DNA from: Trypanosoma brucei
Lineage: Eukaryota
Direction: 5' to 3'
NCBI GenBank assembly: GCA_000002445.1
Contig: CP000069.1
Coordinates: 64,001 to 128,000, forward strand
Length of the DNA: 64,000 bases
In this document: positions 11,101 through 24,800 of the stretch, piece by piece
How positions within the stretch are numbered: position 1 is the first letter of the stretch
Layout of the letters: each line of letters begins with the position of its first letter
Translations under genes and position numbers: made by a program
The notes under the pieces: model-generated
Databases searched by the model: none
Seen by the model: only the letters and a program-made list of their open reading frames with translations
What the model was told of the DNA's origin: nothing

Positions 11101-11792
11101 GACAGTGGTGAAAAAATGATCACACCCTGCGGATGCGTTTCTGCAAACCGGTTCCATGCAGTGTCAAATTCGGAAGAATCCGCTTCCCCCGTTACAGAGC
11201 TCTTTACAGTGAACACGCCACACAATTCACGACCCATATGCGACATCAGCTCCACAGCTAGCAAGTACTCGTTGTCCCCAAATGAGACATTCTGCAGGTA
11301 CATGAAACCAATCCGTCGCAAACGCAGTTGTGTTACTGCAAAACGAAGCAGTGTCAGTAACTCAGCAACGGGCGAAACAAATAGAAAGTAGAGATTTGGG
11401 TTCCACCCACGCACAGAGTTTGAACCAGTGTAGGGACCAAGAGTGACCAAGTTTTCCTGTTTAAGCAAAGGCATGAAAGATAATGCGTCAGCGTCATTAA
11501 GGGGCCCAACCGACACAAATAACTCATCCCTGTTTTGTTCTATGGCCGTCTGCAAGCCATCAACGGGTTCGGCGTCGTACGATGACGGATGAACAACTTC
11601 CACACTCACATTCGACTCACGAAGCCACTGCTTTGATGCCATTGATGCATTGAAACCAATGCCGATCGCATCATTGTAATGTGCAGGAACAGCGGCCCCG
11701 TACAACAAATAATATACTTTAACGTGTATATCATCTGCTGCACCAGACAACGATGCCGCTGATACGATCATTAGGAGCACCAAAGACATCAT
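8196..11792 (-). CDS. GRESAG4: Receptor-type adenylate cyclase of the GRESAG4/ESAG4 family, copy 1, apparently intact. It has a signal peptide, a large extracellular domain, a single TM and a class III cyclase catalytic domain.
   Basis: The ORF is open from 11909 down to 8196, but the codon at 11909 is TTG. In-frame ATGs lie at 11831, 11807, 11792 and 11789. The ATG at 11792 begins a signal-peptide-like stretch, 'MMSLVLLMIVSAASLSGA'. The TM region is 'AGLIAGALIALAVVAALVATMLYLL'. The catalytic motifs are 'VTLIFTDIESSTALWAAHPE', 'YEVKTVGDSFMIASKSP' and 'GRTPNMAARTESVANGGQVL'. Confidence 0.9.
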   Translation of the reverse strand: MMSLVLLMIVSAASLSGAADDIHVKVYYLLYGAAVPAHYNDAIGIGFNASMASKQWLRESNVSVEVVHPSSYDAEPVDGLQTAIEQNRDELFVSVGPLNDADALSFMPLLKQENLVTLGPYTGSNSVRGWNPNLYFLFVSPVAELLTLLRFAVTQLRLRRIGFMYLQNVSFGDNEYLLAVELMSHMGRELCGVFTVKSSVTGEADSSEFDTAWNRFAETHPQGVIIFSPLSEDTAKFIKNMIVDNRTRDAHFLSTLPHEAEIESAWRWAADALNVTLKTDQVILTGVVPRPTSTEYAAVRRCRSDVESYLNDHTNSGQYSSLNITDLYGVDGEPVMYGWIVGEVLSQSLANREFLSSRKEYMESLYRQRRYVINDLVIGDFGGECGSAAADYGAACNCNQGGNVVYLNSLSSDYALVDIRNGLTVFNPSSCYYDGMRVESPVNGLIFLLWDNPAALRANGEIYGGVSVLTGDGTFGQSDRLFLQGRASASSAASSALMHELDTKVVTALFGAVSEEMLATADVVFIDPITLNPELRHNGSNVIYLSPTLEQQLFVISGYLVRKASGRASVLFRGRNAQGVEDAIRRTFLATGTSLDSFATLDKVAALKEKLPKDGYAIVIGINVADVGELKDHLDANPDVYVFVPFFDMALMYSGIARTFNGSPSAYRLLFPTSLPHWADVNTTSETVRRFHAALRAPSVWTPLRLLGFATARFTRTVLQFTEKVTPKTLTETIFAQSVIAVDDMRYGPFASDTCAEPLGGDASDAESCIVNYGATRISLWSAARALDASVLPLTSPVTPSIKYLNPQEGQLTNAELAGLIAGALIALAVVAALVATMLYLLRLSRNNNRAPREPTDPVTLIFTDIESSTALWAAHPELMPDAVAAHHRMIRSLIARYDCYEVKTVGDSFMIASKSPFAAVQLAQELQLCFLHHDWGTNAIDDSYREFEEQCTEGECEYTPPTARLDPEVYSRLWNGLRVRVGIHTGLCDIRHDEVTKGYDYYGRTPNMAARTESVANGGQVLMTRSTYLSLSAEEREQIDVTALGAVTLRGVPKPVEMYQLNAVPGRVFTALQLDREYFDKSDCSSATASDVSSVRGGMNGSSLMIASSLQALLGTFAAAQRRKLLVPLCERWHVPFPAGAKDKWDDKCCEEIICRIAVKVGRVVDLCASSGTERSVSTLRSASLIIIANHFAEHEA

Positions 11793-14700
11793 CTTTGTGC
11801 CGGGCATGTGGCGCCACTGCAGGACACACATGACACGCTTACCCGTGTCCAAAATACGCGGCCAGAAGCTCGAAGAAACAAATATACAGTGGCCAGTATC
11901 CTTACTCAATTGTCTTTAACTAGGTGATGGTTCATAATGTCAAAGAATCATGTTAGGCGGAGAAGGATACCGGCGTCGACATAGAGAATTACGATACGGG
12001 GGCGATAGTGATGAACGCAGTAATATTAGGTGGAACTTCCCGTGTTACTGGGAAGTGAGGCGACGTCCCGACAACTGTTTCACACGAATCCCAACAAAGA
12101 GGAAGGGTAATATTTTCAACGACTAAATTATTCTGTCTTTCTCCAGGTTGTCGCACCGCTATTCGACGGAGCATTCTACCTTTAGATTGCTGGGATGCAG
12201 TATGGGTCCTTGAGGCGCGAATAGGCTTCTCGGACATGTAATCACCAGAGACATGTTTCTTCATTTTGTAATTCATCAAGTGTGTGTGCCCTTTGGGAAG
12301 TGTGACATACGCCTACCCAAGATGAACAAATACCCGTGCATGTATGACAATACTAACTAGCATGAATTCGCAATGTTCAAACTCGTTGCCTGCGTTACGC
12401 GCCCCAGTTTTTTCATGGGCAAATGCGCCCTCACATGACATGAACAATGAAAATTGCACTGTGCAAAATACACACCACCACAAAGCGACACGCATCGATC
12501 TAGCACGGAAACGCACCATATTTTAAATCTCTACACACCGACGGACACAAACCATCACCACTCGGCTTCCTCTGCCGTCTTTTACACACAGCTCAACATC
12601 GAGAGTCACCAAATTATCCGGGAGGGAGGGAGGGGGAAACACTAACGATCCACCCAGAACCAACAACACCTACTGTTGGGGAAACTAATGGTGACACATT
12701 TGTGCACACTCTTACGCTATAGTACACGATATGAACGAAGAAATAATAAAAATAAAGGAAAACAAATGAGTGTGCGCTCCATTTAGATGACGAACAAACA
12801 CTATTTCAGATGGACACACGTATCTGCGTTTGAATATTTGAATAGGTTGGTAGCTTCTGTGTTTGACACTAACACATTACTCGCAATGCTATCTTAACAT
12901 CGAATAGTATATGAGTGGAAACAAACTAAATCAGCAATTACGAAATTGCTGTTATCATTACCGTGACACAAATAGCGCTATTGTTTAGAAGGTAACAACA
13001 ATGGCAAAGAAGGGATGGAACACAACTACAGATAACAATATCGGCTCAATGACCGCTAAGAAATAAACATAATCAGTGGTTATTCACATGTTTAACGTCA
13101 GTTCCCTTGAGCAGAGGGACAAGAACACTTGGACACATCGCACACTTGCAGTAGAGTACAGGCATGCACACAATGTGAAGCATTAGCGTTGGCATCTTGT
13201 ATACCACAATGTATTGTAGGCTATTGAAGTTTCTTTATCTTTAAAGTTTCATGAGCTGTCCATAGTGCTGGCACCTGCTATTCTGTTCGACACAGGTAGC
13301 AGTGTCTCCCATTTTCTCCAACCTTAAATGAGTTAGATACCGCATAATCATACAGATCATGTGCATTCGCTTCCGGTGTTGGAGGTGAAAGATCACATCT
13401 GCTGCACACAATTGCGTGGATTGACCACAAGAAGAAAAAGATATAGCTTGAAGCCACGTGTGCTGCAGCGAAATGTGTTTGTGTAGGGATACTCCCTTAT
13501 CGTATGGATTGCCTTCCTATTTCCAAACATAATATTCAATGCTGGTGAATCATATCGTTCCAGTGAAACGCCATTTTAGCTGTGTAATTTACCTTTTAAT
13601 TTACCTTCTCCCTCCCTGTGAGTTTATTTCTAACGAGAGAACGAAATTAAACCAAATTCAGCAATGATACACAATAGTCACTGCATGGAGTGAGATTGTC
13701 AGGTAATGTTCTTGAGAGCAATTGCTTCTTATAACGGAGTTACATCAGAGAAGACTCACACATTCATTACAGTGCAGAGAAAATGAACTGTCAATGAAGT
13801 CATCACACTTCATAAATACACTAACATCACAGAAATCAATACAGGGCTCACGAAGAGTACTTCAATGGACTCTTTTCATGTGTAAATTATGGTCAAGAGG
13901 GTGAACGCACGGATAAACAAATATGTGTCATACAGACGGTGCCAGATGTGAGGGAACTAACCCTGAGAAATACTGATTGCGCCAACTCACAGTAATTAGT
14001 GATATATCCGACGGACTCATGGTCAGATGGGGAAAACAATAGCAGCTGATAAATATGGAAGGGATAAGCACATACAAAGCCTTAAATATATTCGCAAAGT
14101 TTGAATAAACAAGCAAACATATCAACGCCAATGTGTTTCTTTGTTTTATTGTGCAAAATGTATCAACCGTGATGGTGGACTAGTGACAAACGTATGACTG
14201 TAAATACTGCACCGAACCAGTAGGTGCCAGCAATTCAGTGTATCCATATATTACCACTCACTACCACCTTAGAACCTAATAACTAAGAAAAGAAGATAGC
14301 AATATTCAACATTGTAGAGGATAGACAATGAACATAGAAACAGAAAAGTTTTTTTACACAAACCATTCCCATCAAAAACATACAGCTGCGTTAACAGAAG
14401 CAAGTACTGCTGCAAACAGGTCAGGACTGTTTCCTTCTTATATTTTTCATGTCGATTACTTTCTTATCACACTATGTCGTTCACTCACTCCAATATAAGA
14501 AAACTGCGACTGCTGTTAAAGTGTCTATCATTTCACATACACAGACTCAATGGTTCGCTTACCACTTGCGCTGTGTTCCCCATAGTGGCAACCTGTCATT
14601 CACAGTAAAGAAAGTTGATCTCGCATTTCTTGTTTCGTATCGACATTGACATCTCGGGTATCCGTGCTATCTTCAATTAATGTTATCGCACACATACAAA

Positions 14701-17700
14701 GACGTTATGTCACAAAGTTCCTTCAACACTAGCATGCATAAGTTCAAGGACGACAATGAGAGCCCCCTGTTACACAGACTAGTAAGCTGGCGGTACCTAA
14801 TGCTGTACATGCACTTAAGGCGAATAGCAATGACTTCGATGTGACTACCATCCCTGTGGTATTCTACAATGTCTCAGAGGGGAAATTGTGCCCATATTTC
14901 ATTTACATCATACTCACACTGAAATTTAACAAGCAATTACGGCACTAGAATATCTTCATCCATTTGTCATCTTTCAACAAAACATAACAATAATACTAAT
15001 TCATGTTCCGAAGAATAAGCATGCACTAACCAAAGTCAATGCAATACATATTGTTCCTGAAACGCACCGAGAAAAAATTCCACCCCCTCAGTTCACAAAG
15101 TTTCAGTAGACGGAGCACGAATTGTCACACACCAGAAGGTCATGGTCAAATGTTTTGAACCACAGGCTGATCCCTGGCAGAGCCTGACAATGAGGGCGAA
15201 CTTCCCTTTGAAGTTTACATTTCATTTTTTGAAAGACAAAATCGACTACGAGCGTGGGTAATCCTTTCATTGGATGTTACGAGCGTTTAAAGAAAAGGTC
15301 ATCTATACTCAATATCAGGATTTATATTCAACCTTTGGGGTTGTAACATGTGCACTCAGTTCGTTTCCCCGTAGCGTGGCCCCGATCAGACGATTTACCA
15401 TCAAACTCAGGTGCCCCTTCATCAGAGGGCGGCATGGTGTCCCCTACGCGGGTTCATTCAGTTTCCCTTGTATAAAATGAGGAGAATACTCAAGGAGTTT
15501 AACGCATCGACCCACCACATGTAAACCACTGCTGCGTATTCTTGATAGGCGCATGTGCATGTAACATTGCTGTTTCACAATTCACGCAGCCACAGAGTTA
15601 AGTGACACCATCTCGTATGAACGGCAATGCGACCCTGCGGCACGTGTAGCACAGCCTCACCAAAGTTTCCCTCGCTTAACACCCTTTTACCAGCATTTGG
15701 CTCTTGTGCCTCGGCGCCACGGTCAACATCCTGCCACAATTATTCGAACCTCTCTCAGCTCTATCTCCGGTGCCTCGACTTAGTCCGATTGCAACTTTAG
15801 ACATTGCAGCTTCAGTTAAAAGTTGTCCTTTGCTCTCTCTGTTTGGAGTCGTCCGTTCGGTCGGGAAAAGGTTTCACAGTTCCGCGATCAGATCTAAGTC
15901 TTCCAGTTTCAAGAACCTACGTGAAAAATGCGCCCACAGCCCGTGAAGCGATGATCTGCCTCTCACGGTATTTTCCGCCCCACATTCTTTGCGCAGTGCC
16001 TTTTGGGTCTGTCATTGTAGTAAATGCGGGGAAGTTTCTTTGGACCTTATGCCTGGGTTGCGGAATTGCTTTTTCATTTTCTCTTCGTGATCGCGCCGCT
16101 TCTGTATGGTAAGGGAAGGTCGCTCCATGCATTTTGTCGGGAGGCGCGCGAGTTGGTGCGCCCTCAGAATCGGCCTTACCAACTGGAATGTTCCGTCGGC
16201 CTCGGCTTTCTCAAGTGTTTTTCTTTCCGGCTTGTCCGCCTCCGGCGTGCGGGTGTGAGCACCGACGAGTGTGCAAAATTTCCCCTTCGTTGAGTGTCCA
16301 TGTGAAGGCGGAACGCCACGGCATCGATGGTACGGCCGCTCACTGGCAGCGTCGGCTGGGGCGAGTGCGCAGAGGTAATATCAAAGAGCGCTCCTTCCAT
16401 TGAATGTACCGGTGGTACTGTGTGCGGTTACTGTGGTTGATTTGCGCTGTTTTAGGGGAGGTTAGGCATGGACGCTGGATTTTGTTTGGTGCCCGCCTCG
16501 AATAGCTCTGAGTGGCAACTTTCCTCTGCTCTGGACATGATAAAGGAATATTCGTGACCATACCGTTATTTTCGTAGCAATGTGGAGCTCGCCATCGGCA
16601 CACACACCCGCGTGAGGGATGTATGCGTTCAACGCGGAGTGCTGTCTTAGCTAGCGAGCCATTTTTATCCGGCTCATAAGATGCCAGTCTATTATTTTCC
16701 CAGTATGTCAAAAAGATGGCTTCCCATCGTAACTATAAAACATTGCTCATCACCTTTGGTGCGGTAGCGGATCGGCTATTCGTGTCGTGTGCTGCAGGGT
16801 ATTTGCGGAACGTAAACAATACTCGTTTGTCTCGATCAAGACAAAAGAGAGAAAATATGACAATGACGGTAACAACTATCTGCTTGCGCCATCGATACGC
16901 TCTAACTCACTTTGGGGGTGCTGCCGAAGGGTGCAAAAACCAACGGACAATGTAATAAGGTTGTAAATAATGATTAGAAAGTGAATGACCCAGTTTGTCT
17001 AAAAACTTCTGATCGGCCAGCCTTGGTTCAAATTATTTTTTGAGCATTTGGTTAGGGACGGACGATGTACGTAAAGACGTTTAGTGCTGGTATAAAGGTA
17101 CCGTCTGTGTGTGCAATTGGAGCCATATTTTCGCTACGAGGCACTAAGCGCTACAAAACATCATGGTAAAATTTACATCCAGTCCCTGCCATGATTGTGA
17201 ATGAAGCAAGAATGATATTAATTTAGAACTTGGCAGTGATTTACTGGCGGCAGATCTAGCGCTAGTAATTGTGTTACTCATGGAGGCAGCGTGTTGTACA
17301 CCCATTTTGAGGAAAGTAACTACTCAAGATAATCTCATCAAATATAGGTATCCGTACGGGAATGTTGGTGGGGCTACGAATTGCGATGCCTTGCGATGCC
17401 CATAAAAAATTTCCCGTGACACTACCTGTAACATGAGGTGATACTCCACTGCTCTCTCCTCGTAAGGGAATTGAGTACAAGTGACGGAGAGTTAGTGAGT
17501 AATCACCTTTCGTGGATTGGATAGGTAACAGATGGGCAATACCCAATGTCACTCACGGGATGTTACTGAGATGTCATTTGTGTCGCTCGATGGCACCTGC
17601 CGTTTTGTTGTTGGAGGCTCGTTTTTCTTTGCTACCTCGTTGGCAATATTCCCAATTTAATTACCTCCTTCATATGCCTATAATTATTTTTTTACTCCGA

Positions 17701-20700
17701 GAGACATCCCAATAAATTACTGCCTCTCTTTTTCTTCGCGACAAGCAGCTACCGGCATGTATAAAAGTGAAGAAAGGAAGAAGCACAAAACAGATACGCA
17801 TCTCACTTACTGACTTAGGAAGTCATATCGCTTTTTTTTCTTTGACTGAAGGTAAGTACCATACACTCAACAGCGCACATAATTTTACCGTATGATGCAC
17901 CACTGGGAGAGAGACCAAAAATGGAAAAAGAAAGGAAAAAGCGGATAGGAACTAATGCAGGACATGCCGGCTAACTAACAGTGAGAGGACTATTGTTGGA
18001 GACGCTATGTGGTTAACAGGACTGTGTGGTAATGTTTAATTCCGATACTTCGAGTTCCTGTGGTTTCTACACTTAGTGAAACAATGCCTTCTGCACTGCC
18101 AAATTCCTCTATGGTTTTAACGCAAGTGTGCTTCTTTGTTGTTATTGTTGCTCTTAAAATATGAGGATAAAGAGAAGAAATCAATTGAAAAGTGAATATG
18201 CTGAGTGTGTGCGTTTGAGACAAGGTACGACTGTGCTGTAGGTTCTGTGGCACTAGCCTTCCCTCGCTGAGCACAAATATTTGCAACCGATGGTTTCAGA
18301 TGTGACTCGGGGGCTGGTGACCGTAGCTGCAGTTTGTCTCAATGTGTAGGCACTATTTTAAATGACTTATACCGAACAAGGGATATCTTAAGAAGGAACT
18401 AATAGTGTCATAGGGACACATTATTTTGTTGTTGCGCTTATACATTGAATGTTTTGTTGCCGACAATAAAGGCTAACATTGTGGAAGCAGTTACTGTAAA
18501 GAGATATTGTCCCCAAACGTGTATGAGGCCACTATTGATACGAAATTTGTTTTTCCACTAAAAGGTAAGGGAGCACCTTATTCCGATACCCTCAGCTCAC
18601 CACCACAAGGTAGATAAACTTTTTAAAAGGTACAGTAAAACACAATGGTCAAATAGGATTTGTGTGTGTTTCGGCCTTTGGCTTCTGTATAGTGTGCTTA
18701 TGCATGAGCGCCTACATCTCTCTCCGTGTGTGTGATAACTGCTCTTGCGTGCAGTACCATCGTTTGGCTGCTTGTCCCGTAACTCCATTCCGTAATGATC
18801 CCTCTGGAGTATTGATAGTATTTCAAACATGGCGTTACATCATGCATACGTTTACATCACACGACCTTCCTATGCTCATTCACTCTCTCTGACGATGGAA
18901 ATAAAGGGGGTATCAGGTATCACTTTTTAGTTATAATTGTTTAAGGCGCCTGTGTGTCGTGGTGCGCTTTGAATTTTGTGATATTTGCGGTCGCCTATCG
19001 ATTGAACTGTGGTATTGGGCTGACAGGTCTGAAGGCACTTTCTTGTCCCTCATATTGTTTCCGTTTACTCTTATACCCGGTTGGGAAATTAACCTCCTTT
19101 TTATACTGAACCACAGTAGGATATGTGCTTGGTCGATATGATGGTGTTCCCGTTCCCCCCCTGATATTTCATTTGGATTGTTCTAAAGTTTTATTGTTTT
19201 TTTTTTGATGCCATACACTGCGTGGATACTGCTTTTAACTGTCAAATAGAGCATTTTTCGTTACTTTAGATTTCGGTTCTTTTTCCTTTTCGGAGGGAAG
19301 CCCGGGTTAGTCTCAGATTAATGGCTGTTGCTTGTACACCGTCACCGCATTGTACACGCTAATGTTGAGTCTTACATCATACCGTTTTTTTGTCCTCTCT
19401 ATTTTCTGGTGTTGTATCTGATGATTTGTATCACTATGTTTTCTCGGATAGAGCAGTTCCACGCTTCGATTTTTGATGGCCCATGCTGCATCGATACATG
19501 AGTCTATTTACCTGACATTTTTGTTTCTTCCCGTTGCCACAGCTAGAACAGTGCTCCTTATTCCTTACTGATGAAAGGAAGAGACTTACCGGTTTTGTAT
19601 TTACCCCAGGAGGGAATGACACGTTTCTACTTCCAGTGTTCTTCATGCCATTCAACGCTACCAATATTACCAAATTTTTTTTTTCGTGGAAATATCTTTA
19701 TGGTATCATTTTTTTTCTTTCTGGGGTTATATGGACTTGTGATCTTGCTTACAAACCCCCCTTTTAACCATTACTGGATAGCGAGGTTAGTGTTTCGCCA
19801 CAAGCGCCTTAGGGGTTTCAGAGATCTACTGCTGATATTCCAAAGCGCTGAGAGTGACAGCAGCAAAGAAATGAGCTGAAAAAGAATGAGATGAGTGATG
19901 TGACGGAGTTGCCATATTGAGTGATACCTCGCGAGTGTAGCGTTGCAGCTCCTTCACAATTGTTGGGTTTCTTCTGTTTGAAGCCACAGCAAGGCTCATA
20001 TACTCTGCGGGATGCTTCTAGGTTGGAGACTTTGCTTCCCACAGGTTTCCTGTAAAATGTTTTGTGTCAGCCTTGGTAGTCTGACACATGTTTACGAATT
20101 CAACAGCGTGTATGTCGCTGCACACGACGACCGATTTTATATTTGGCGATGTGGGAGGGTTGATGTTGCACTAGGGATACGATATTGGCCAATTCACTAG
20201 CCATGCCAAGAGTCACAGTGTACAGCATTGTTATCACACTTTTGCCGCACAAGAACGGGACTCGTCACAGCACTCCAGTGGCGATTTAAACCATGCTATG
20301 TGTAATGGATAGCGGACACGTGATGATGAGCTTCCCTTCCCGCGACAGAAAAAACGAAAAAAAGACGGTTCTTGGTGACAACGTTGTATTCATCTGCCGT
20401 TGAGAATTATGTGCGAAACATGCAGAGAACCACAACCTATGCGTATGTGCGTTGTTGCTGTTTTTTTTTTTGCTTGTGTGTCACAGGCATGTGCGAACAG
20501 ACGACACAGGTGATCAGCATCCAGTGAGGTACGTTATGCATGTGAAGGCAGCGCTTTCCCCTTGCCGGTAATCTGCACCGATGAACATACGCAGCGACCA
20601 CCGCATGCGCCTCGTTCTGCTGCGCTTTCGCAACGATGGATCAGTTGTTGCAGGTGAAGAGAGACGTAAGGAGATTGCGTGTAGCGAAAATAAGTGTTAC

Positions 20701-21625
20701 GGTTGCGCTCTCTGGGTGCCAACACCGTGGTAGTCAGCGAGGATATAATGGACGGATCCCGTCGTCTCAGACTGTAAGTTAGCCTGCTCTGCAGAAGTGG
20801 GTTTGGGAGACGGCGGCGGTTACTTATACGGTTTTGCCGCATTGGTCAGGATGTTTCGTGAAGTTAGTTGACCGACGTATGAGTTGTGGGGATGCCGTAT
20901 GCCAGTACAGATATTCTGCTGCTTTACACTGCTAACGTAAAATGGCGTCCAAAGAATGGAACCAGGCTCCATCTCACACAAACAGCTGCGGCACTGTTAG
21001 ACCCACGGAATCGGGTACGATCCAACACATTTCGTACCTGCAGATCGCTGTAGGATGCCTCCGCCACAGACAGTTATGACTCATCTATCCTGCAAACGCC
21101 TGATCATTCCATGGCTCTGCTGCCACGATATGGCGAGTTGCGCCTTATGTTTTTAGCAATGTGACAGAGATGTCCATTAGGTAAGCAAGAAATTCTTTAC
21201 TCCCATGAAATATGTGCTTGCAACGGAGAGTCTCAAACCCCATCACCATGGTAGGTACAAAGGGGATAATAGGTATCTGAATGCATGAATGTAGTGAATA
21301 CACCACCAGGGCACTTACGACTAGCGTTCTGCCCTCAACTCAAACGAAAGCCACATCGAAGACAGATCCATATTTCGTAATGAAATGTCAGTAGCAAGGA
21401 AAACAACGACACACATGAAATACGTATACGTGTTTGTTTGTGTGACACCATTTCCCACCAGCGTGTCGGTTGTCCCTTTCTATCATTTGCTCGCAATTTA
21501 CAGTGACATCATAAACGAGTCGCCTCTCGCTACCTTGACGTGCCTTCATTGCTTTTTAAGCATTGTTTTGGTTTTTTAGGGAACTTGTTATAGTATCCAA
21601 CTGTCTGGAAGTGTAATCTTACTGA

Positions 21626-21660
21626 TTTCTATTTTCCCTCTTTTGATATTCTTCCTTAGG
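21626..21660 (+). promoter_or_regulatory. Candidate polypyrimidine tract plus AG trans-splice acceptor upstream of GRESAG4 copy 2.
   Basis: The run 'ttctattttccctcttttgatattcttccttag' is pyrimidine-rich and ends in AG at about 21658-21659, upstream of the first ATGs. This rests on what is known of kinetoplastid trans-splicing; the site is not verified. Confidence 0.4.
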
Positions 21661-21830
21661 ACATAAGATTTCACACACGAAAAGTGTCACACATTACCGA
21701 AAATATGTGCTGGCAGGAAGGTGGTGGAAGAGGATGTGTGTACCCTCATGGAAACTGCAGGCGGAACCTTACCGCAAGGAGCCCTGCAAGGCGTTACAGC
21801 AAGTACAAGCACTCACCTGTCATTACTGCT

Positions 21831-24800
21831 ATGTCACTGCTACACTTGTTGCCTTTGCTACTCATGTGGATGCCACCTGTGTGCGCGGATGACAGTGCTG
21901 TGACGGTAAAAGTGCTATCCATGATGTATAATCCGGATTATACAGATAATGAAATTAACGCCCTGAATGCCGGTTTTGACGCATCACTGAGTGCCCACAG
22001 CTGGAAGACGGGCTCTAATGCGACAATATCTGTCATCCGTCCCCCATCACCCAATGCGACAATCGAGGACATATTTCAGCAGGGAATGAATCAAAGTGAA
22101 GACAAGTTATTAGTTGTATTCGGTTCCCTGGGTACTGATCACGTCTCGTGGGTCCGTGATAAACTAAACGAAAATGATCTTGTTGGCCTCGCTCCCGTTG
22201 CGTACTCCAGTGAGGTCCGTGGTTGGAACCCTCACCTTTATTTCATAAGTGTCGAACCCAATGCTGAACTCCTCGCCCTCATTCGTTATGCTGTTGTTTA
22301 CCTCCGTGTCCCACGAATAGGTATGATGCACGTGAAGAGCAGCACCGCCAGTATGGGACCGTATGAGTTTGCTGTGCAGATATTGGAAATGATGGGTCGC
22401 GAGCTGTGCGGAATGTTCGTTGTGAAGGAGAGTGAGAATCAAAATATCTCTGAGGATGATTTGAACGTCAGGTGGAGACAATTTGTTGCTACGCGCCCAC
22501 AGGCTATATTGTTGTTTTCATCCCTGGTGGATGGCAGCATCACGTGGTTCATCAAGAAGGTAGCACAGGACAACCGCACTGCCAATGCGTATCTTCTTTC
22601 TACTTCACTACAGCAGGGTCCTCTTATCAACATGTGGCGTGAGGCATTGGCGTTAGCTAATCGTACATTTACTCCTGGACAGCTAATCACAACTGGAACA
22701 GTGCCGCTCGCTAACGATACTCGGTTCTCACTGATTCGGCACTTCCAGCGTGATGTGAACAACTACCTGAAGACAAAAAGTGACTGGAAGGGCTTTGCGA
22801 AACCCGATCACTACCTTGAGGACGACAACGCAGGTGAGATGATGGTGTATGGGTGGCTTGCGGGAGAAGTTCTCTTCCAGGCTCTGAACAACGCTCCACA
22901 ACTGACGAACCGTACGTCATTCAGGGAATCTCTGTACAAGCAGCGTCGCTACGTGATTGATGACCTTGTGGTTGGTGACTTTGGTGGTGAGTGCGATGAG
23001 GCCGTTGCATTACAGGGTGCCATGTGTGAATGCAATCAAGGTGGCAACTTGGTATATATGAAGAGTATAGTGAATGGCTTCCGACCAGCGCCTTTGAGGG
23101 AAGGGTTCCTGACGTGGGGTGTATCAGAGTGCTCGAGTGCCAATGTGCAAGTAAGCGCGCCATTGAGTGGCCTGTTTTTGCTTCTCGCAGACAATGAAGT
23201 TGCATTACGTGCGAGCAGGAAGTGGTTCCTTGGTGCCGAAGCTCATAGTAAGAAGGTGGATGATATTGACAATAGAATATTTTTCCATCCCCTAACAGTA
23301 TCTTCAGAGAATGTGACGCAATCCCTTGAGCAAGTACGGGATAACAGGGATGTATCTGCAGTATTTGGTATCATGCCTGGAGGGCTTCTGGATCGAAAAG
23401 ATTTAATGTTCATCAGTCCTATGGCACTTGGTCCCCGAATGAACTGGTTTAGGAGAAACGTGATACACATACTACCACTTCTTGCGCAGCAACTTTATGT
23501 GCTTGCTGTGTATCTCTCCAACACTTCTTCCAGGGGAGTAAATGCATTCATACGTAGTGCCCACGCCATGAAGGTGGAGGATGCACTACACAAGTCATTG
23601 GACACGTTTGGTGTGCCGCTTGATTCCAGCAAGACACTTGGTGATGGTGACCCGATAGCGTCATATCTCTCGGGTGATGGAGATGTGTTTACTATTGGAC
23701 TCACTCTCACTGACGTTGCTGTGGTTGCGCGGCACCTTCAGACCCACCGCAGGGCACGTGTATTCATTCCATTCAATGACCTTGCAATGTACTACGATGA
23801 GTTTGTGGTTGCGTTTAATGCGAGTAAAGAGTCTATTGCTAGCTCAGAGCGGCTCCTATTCGCGACGAGTTTTCCACACTGGGCGGAGAAGGACACGAAA
23901 TCAGATGTGGTTGCGAGTTTCCATCGCATTGTGAATGAATCGCATTGGGATCCACTAACGTTCTTAGGTTTTGTTACCACTCGGCTGCTTCAAGTGATTC
24001 TCCCGAATATGAAGAAAGTGAATGCAGAGCTGCTGGCAGACCGCATTTACACGGAGTCCAACATCAAAGTGGATGACATGCGATTTGGACCCTTCAGTGA
24101 TGTGGAATGTGTTTCTGGTACGAGTGTTTCGGCAAATGAGTGTGCCTCAAACTTTGGAGCCACAAACATTTCTGTATGGTCGATGGCGCGTGTGCTGAAT
24201 TCAAGTGTGCCCATATTGCAACGCGGCATGACACCGTCTATGGATTATGCTATTTTGCAGGAGGGTCAACTCACACGGTCACAGATAGCCGGAATAATAG
24301 CCGGGTGCGTAGTCGGATTGATATTGTTTATTGTCCTTGGTGTGCTCCTACGCATCACCCTGCGGAATGCTCGTGATAACAATCTTGCGCCCAAGGAACA
24401 AACTGACCCCGTGACACTAATATTTACTGACATTGAGAGCAGCACTGCGTTGTGGGCTGCACACCCTGAGCTGATGCCTGATGCCGTTGCGACACATCAC
24501 TATTTGATTCGTTCACTGATTGGGAGGTATAAGTGCTACGAAGTCAAAACTGTTGGGGATTCGTTCATGATAGCGAGTAAGAGTCCTTTCGCTGCCGTCC
24601 AACTCGCACAGGAACTACAGCTGCGTTTCTTGCATCATGACTGGGGAACAAATGCACTTGATGAGTCCTACTGGGAGTTCGAGCAGCAGCGTGCGGAGGA
24701 GGACGAGAAGTACACACCGCCAACTGCACGGTTGGATCCTGAAGTGTACAGTCGTTTGTGGAATGGCCTGCGTGTACGTGTTGGAATCCACACCGGGTTG

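Noticed and set aside
17015-17045. tRNA-like T-arm string 'ccttggttcaaattatttttt'.
   Set aside because: The flanking sequence cannot form the 5-bp T-stem or the acceptor stem. No other tRNA features are nearby.
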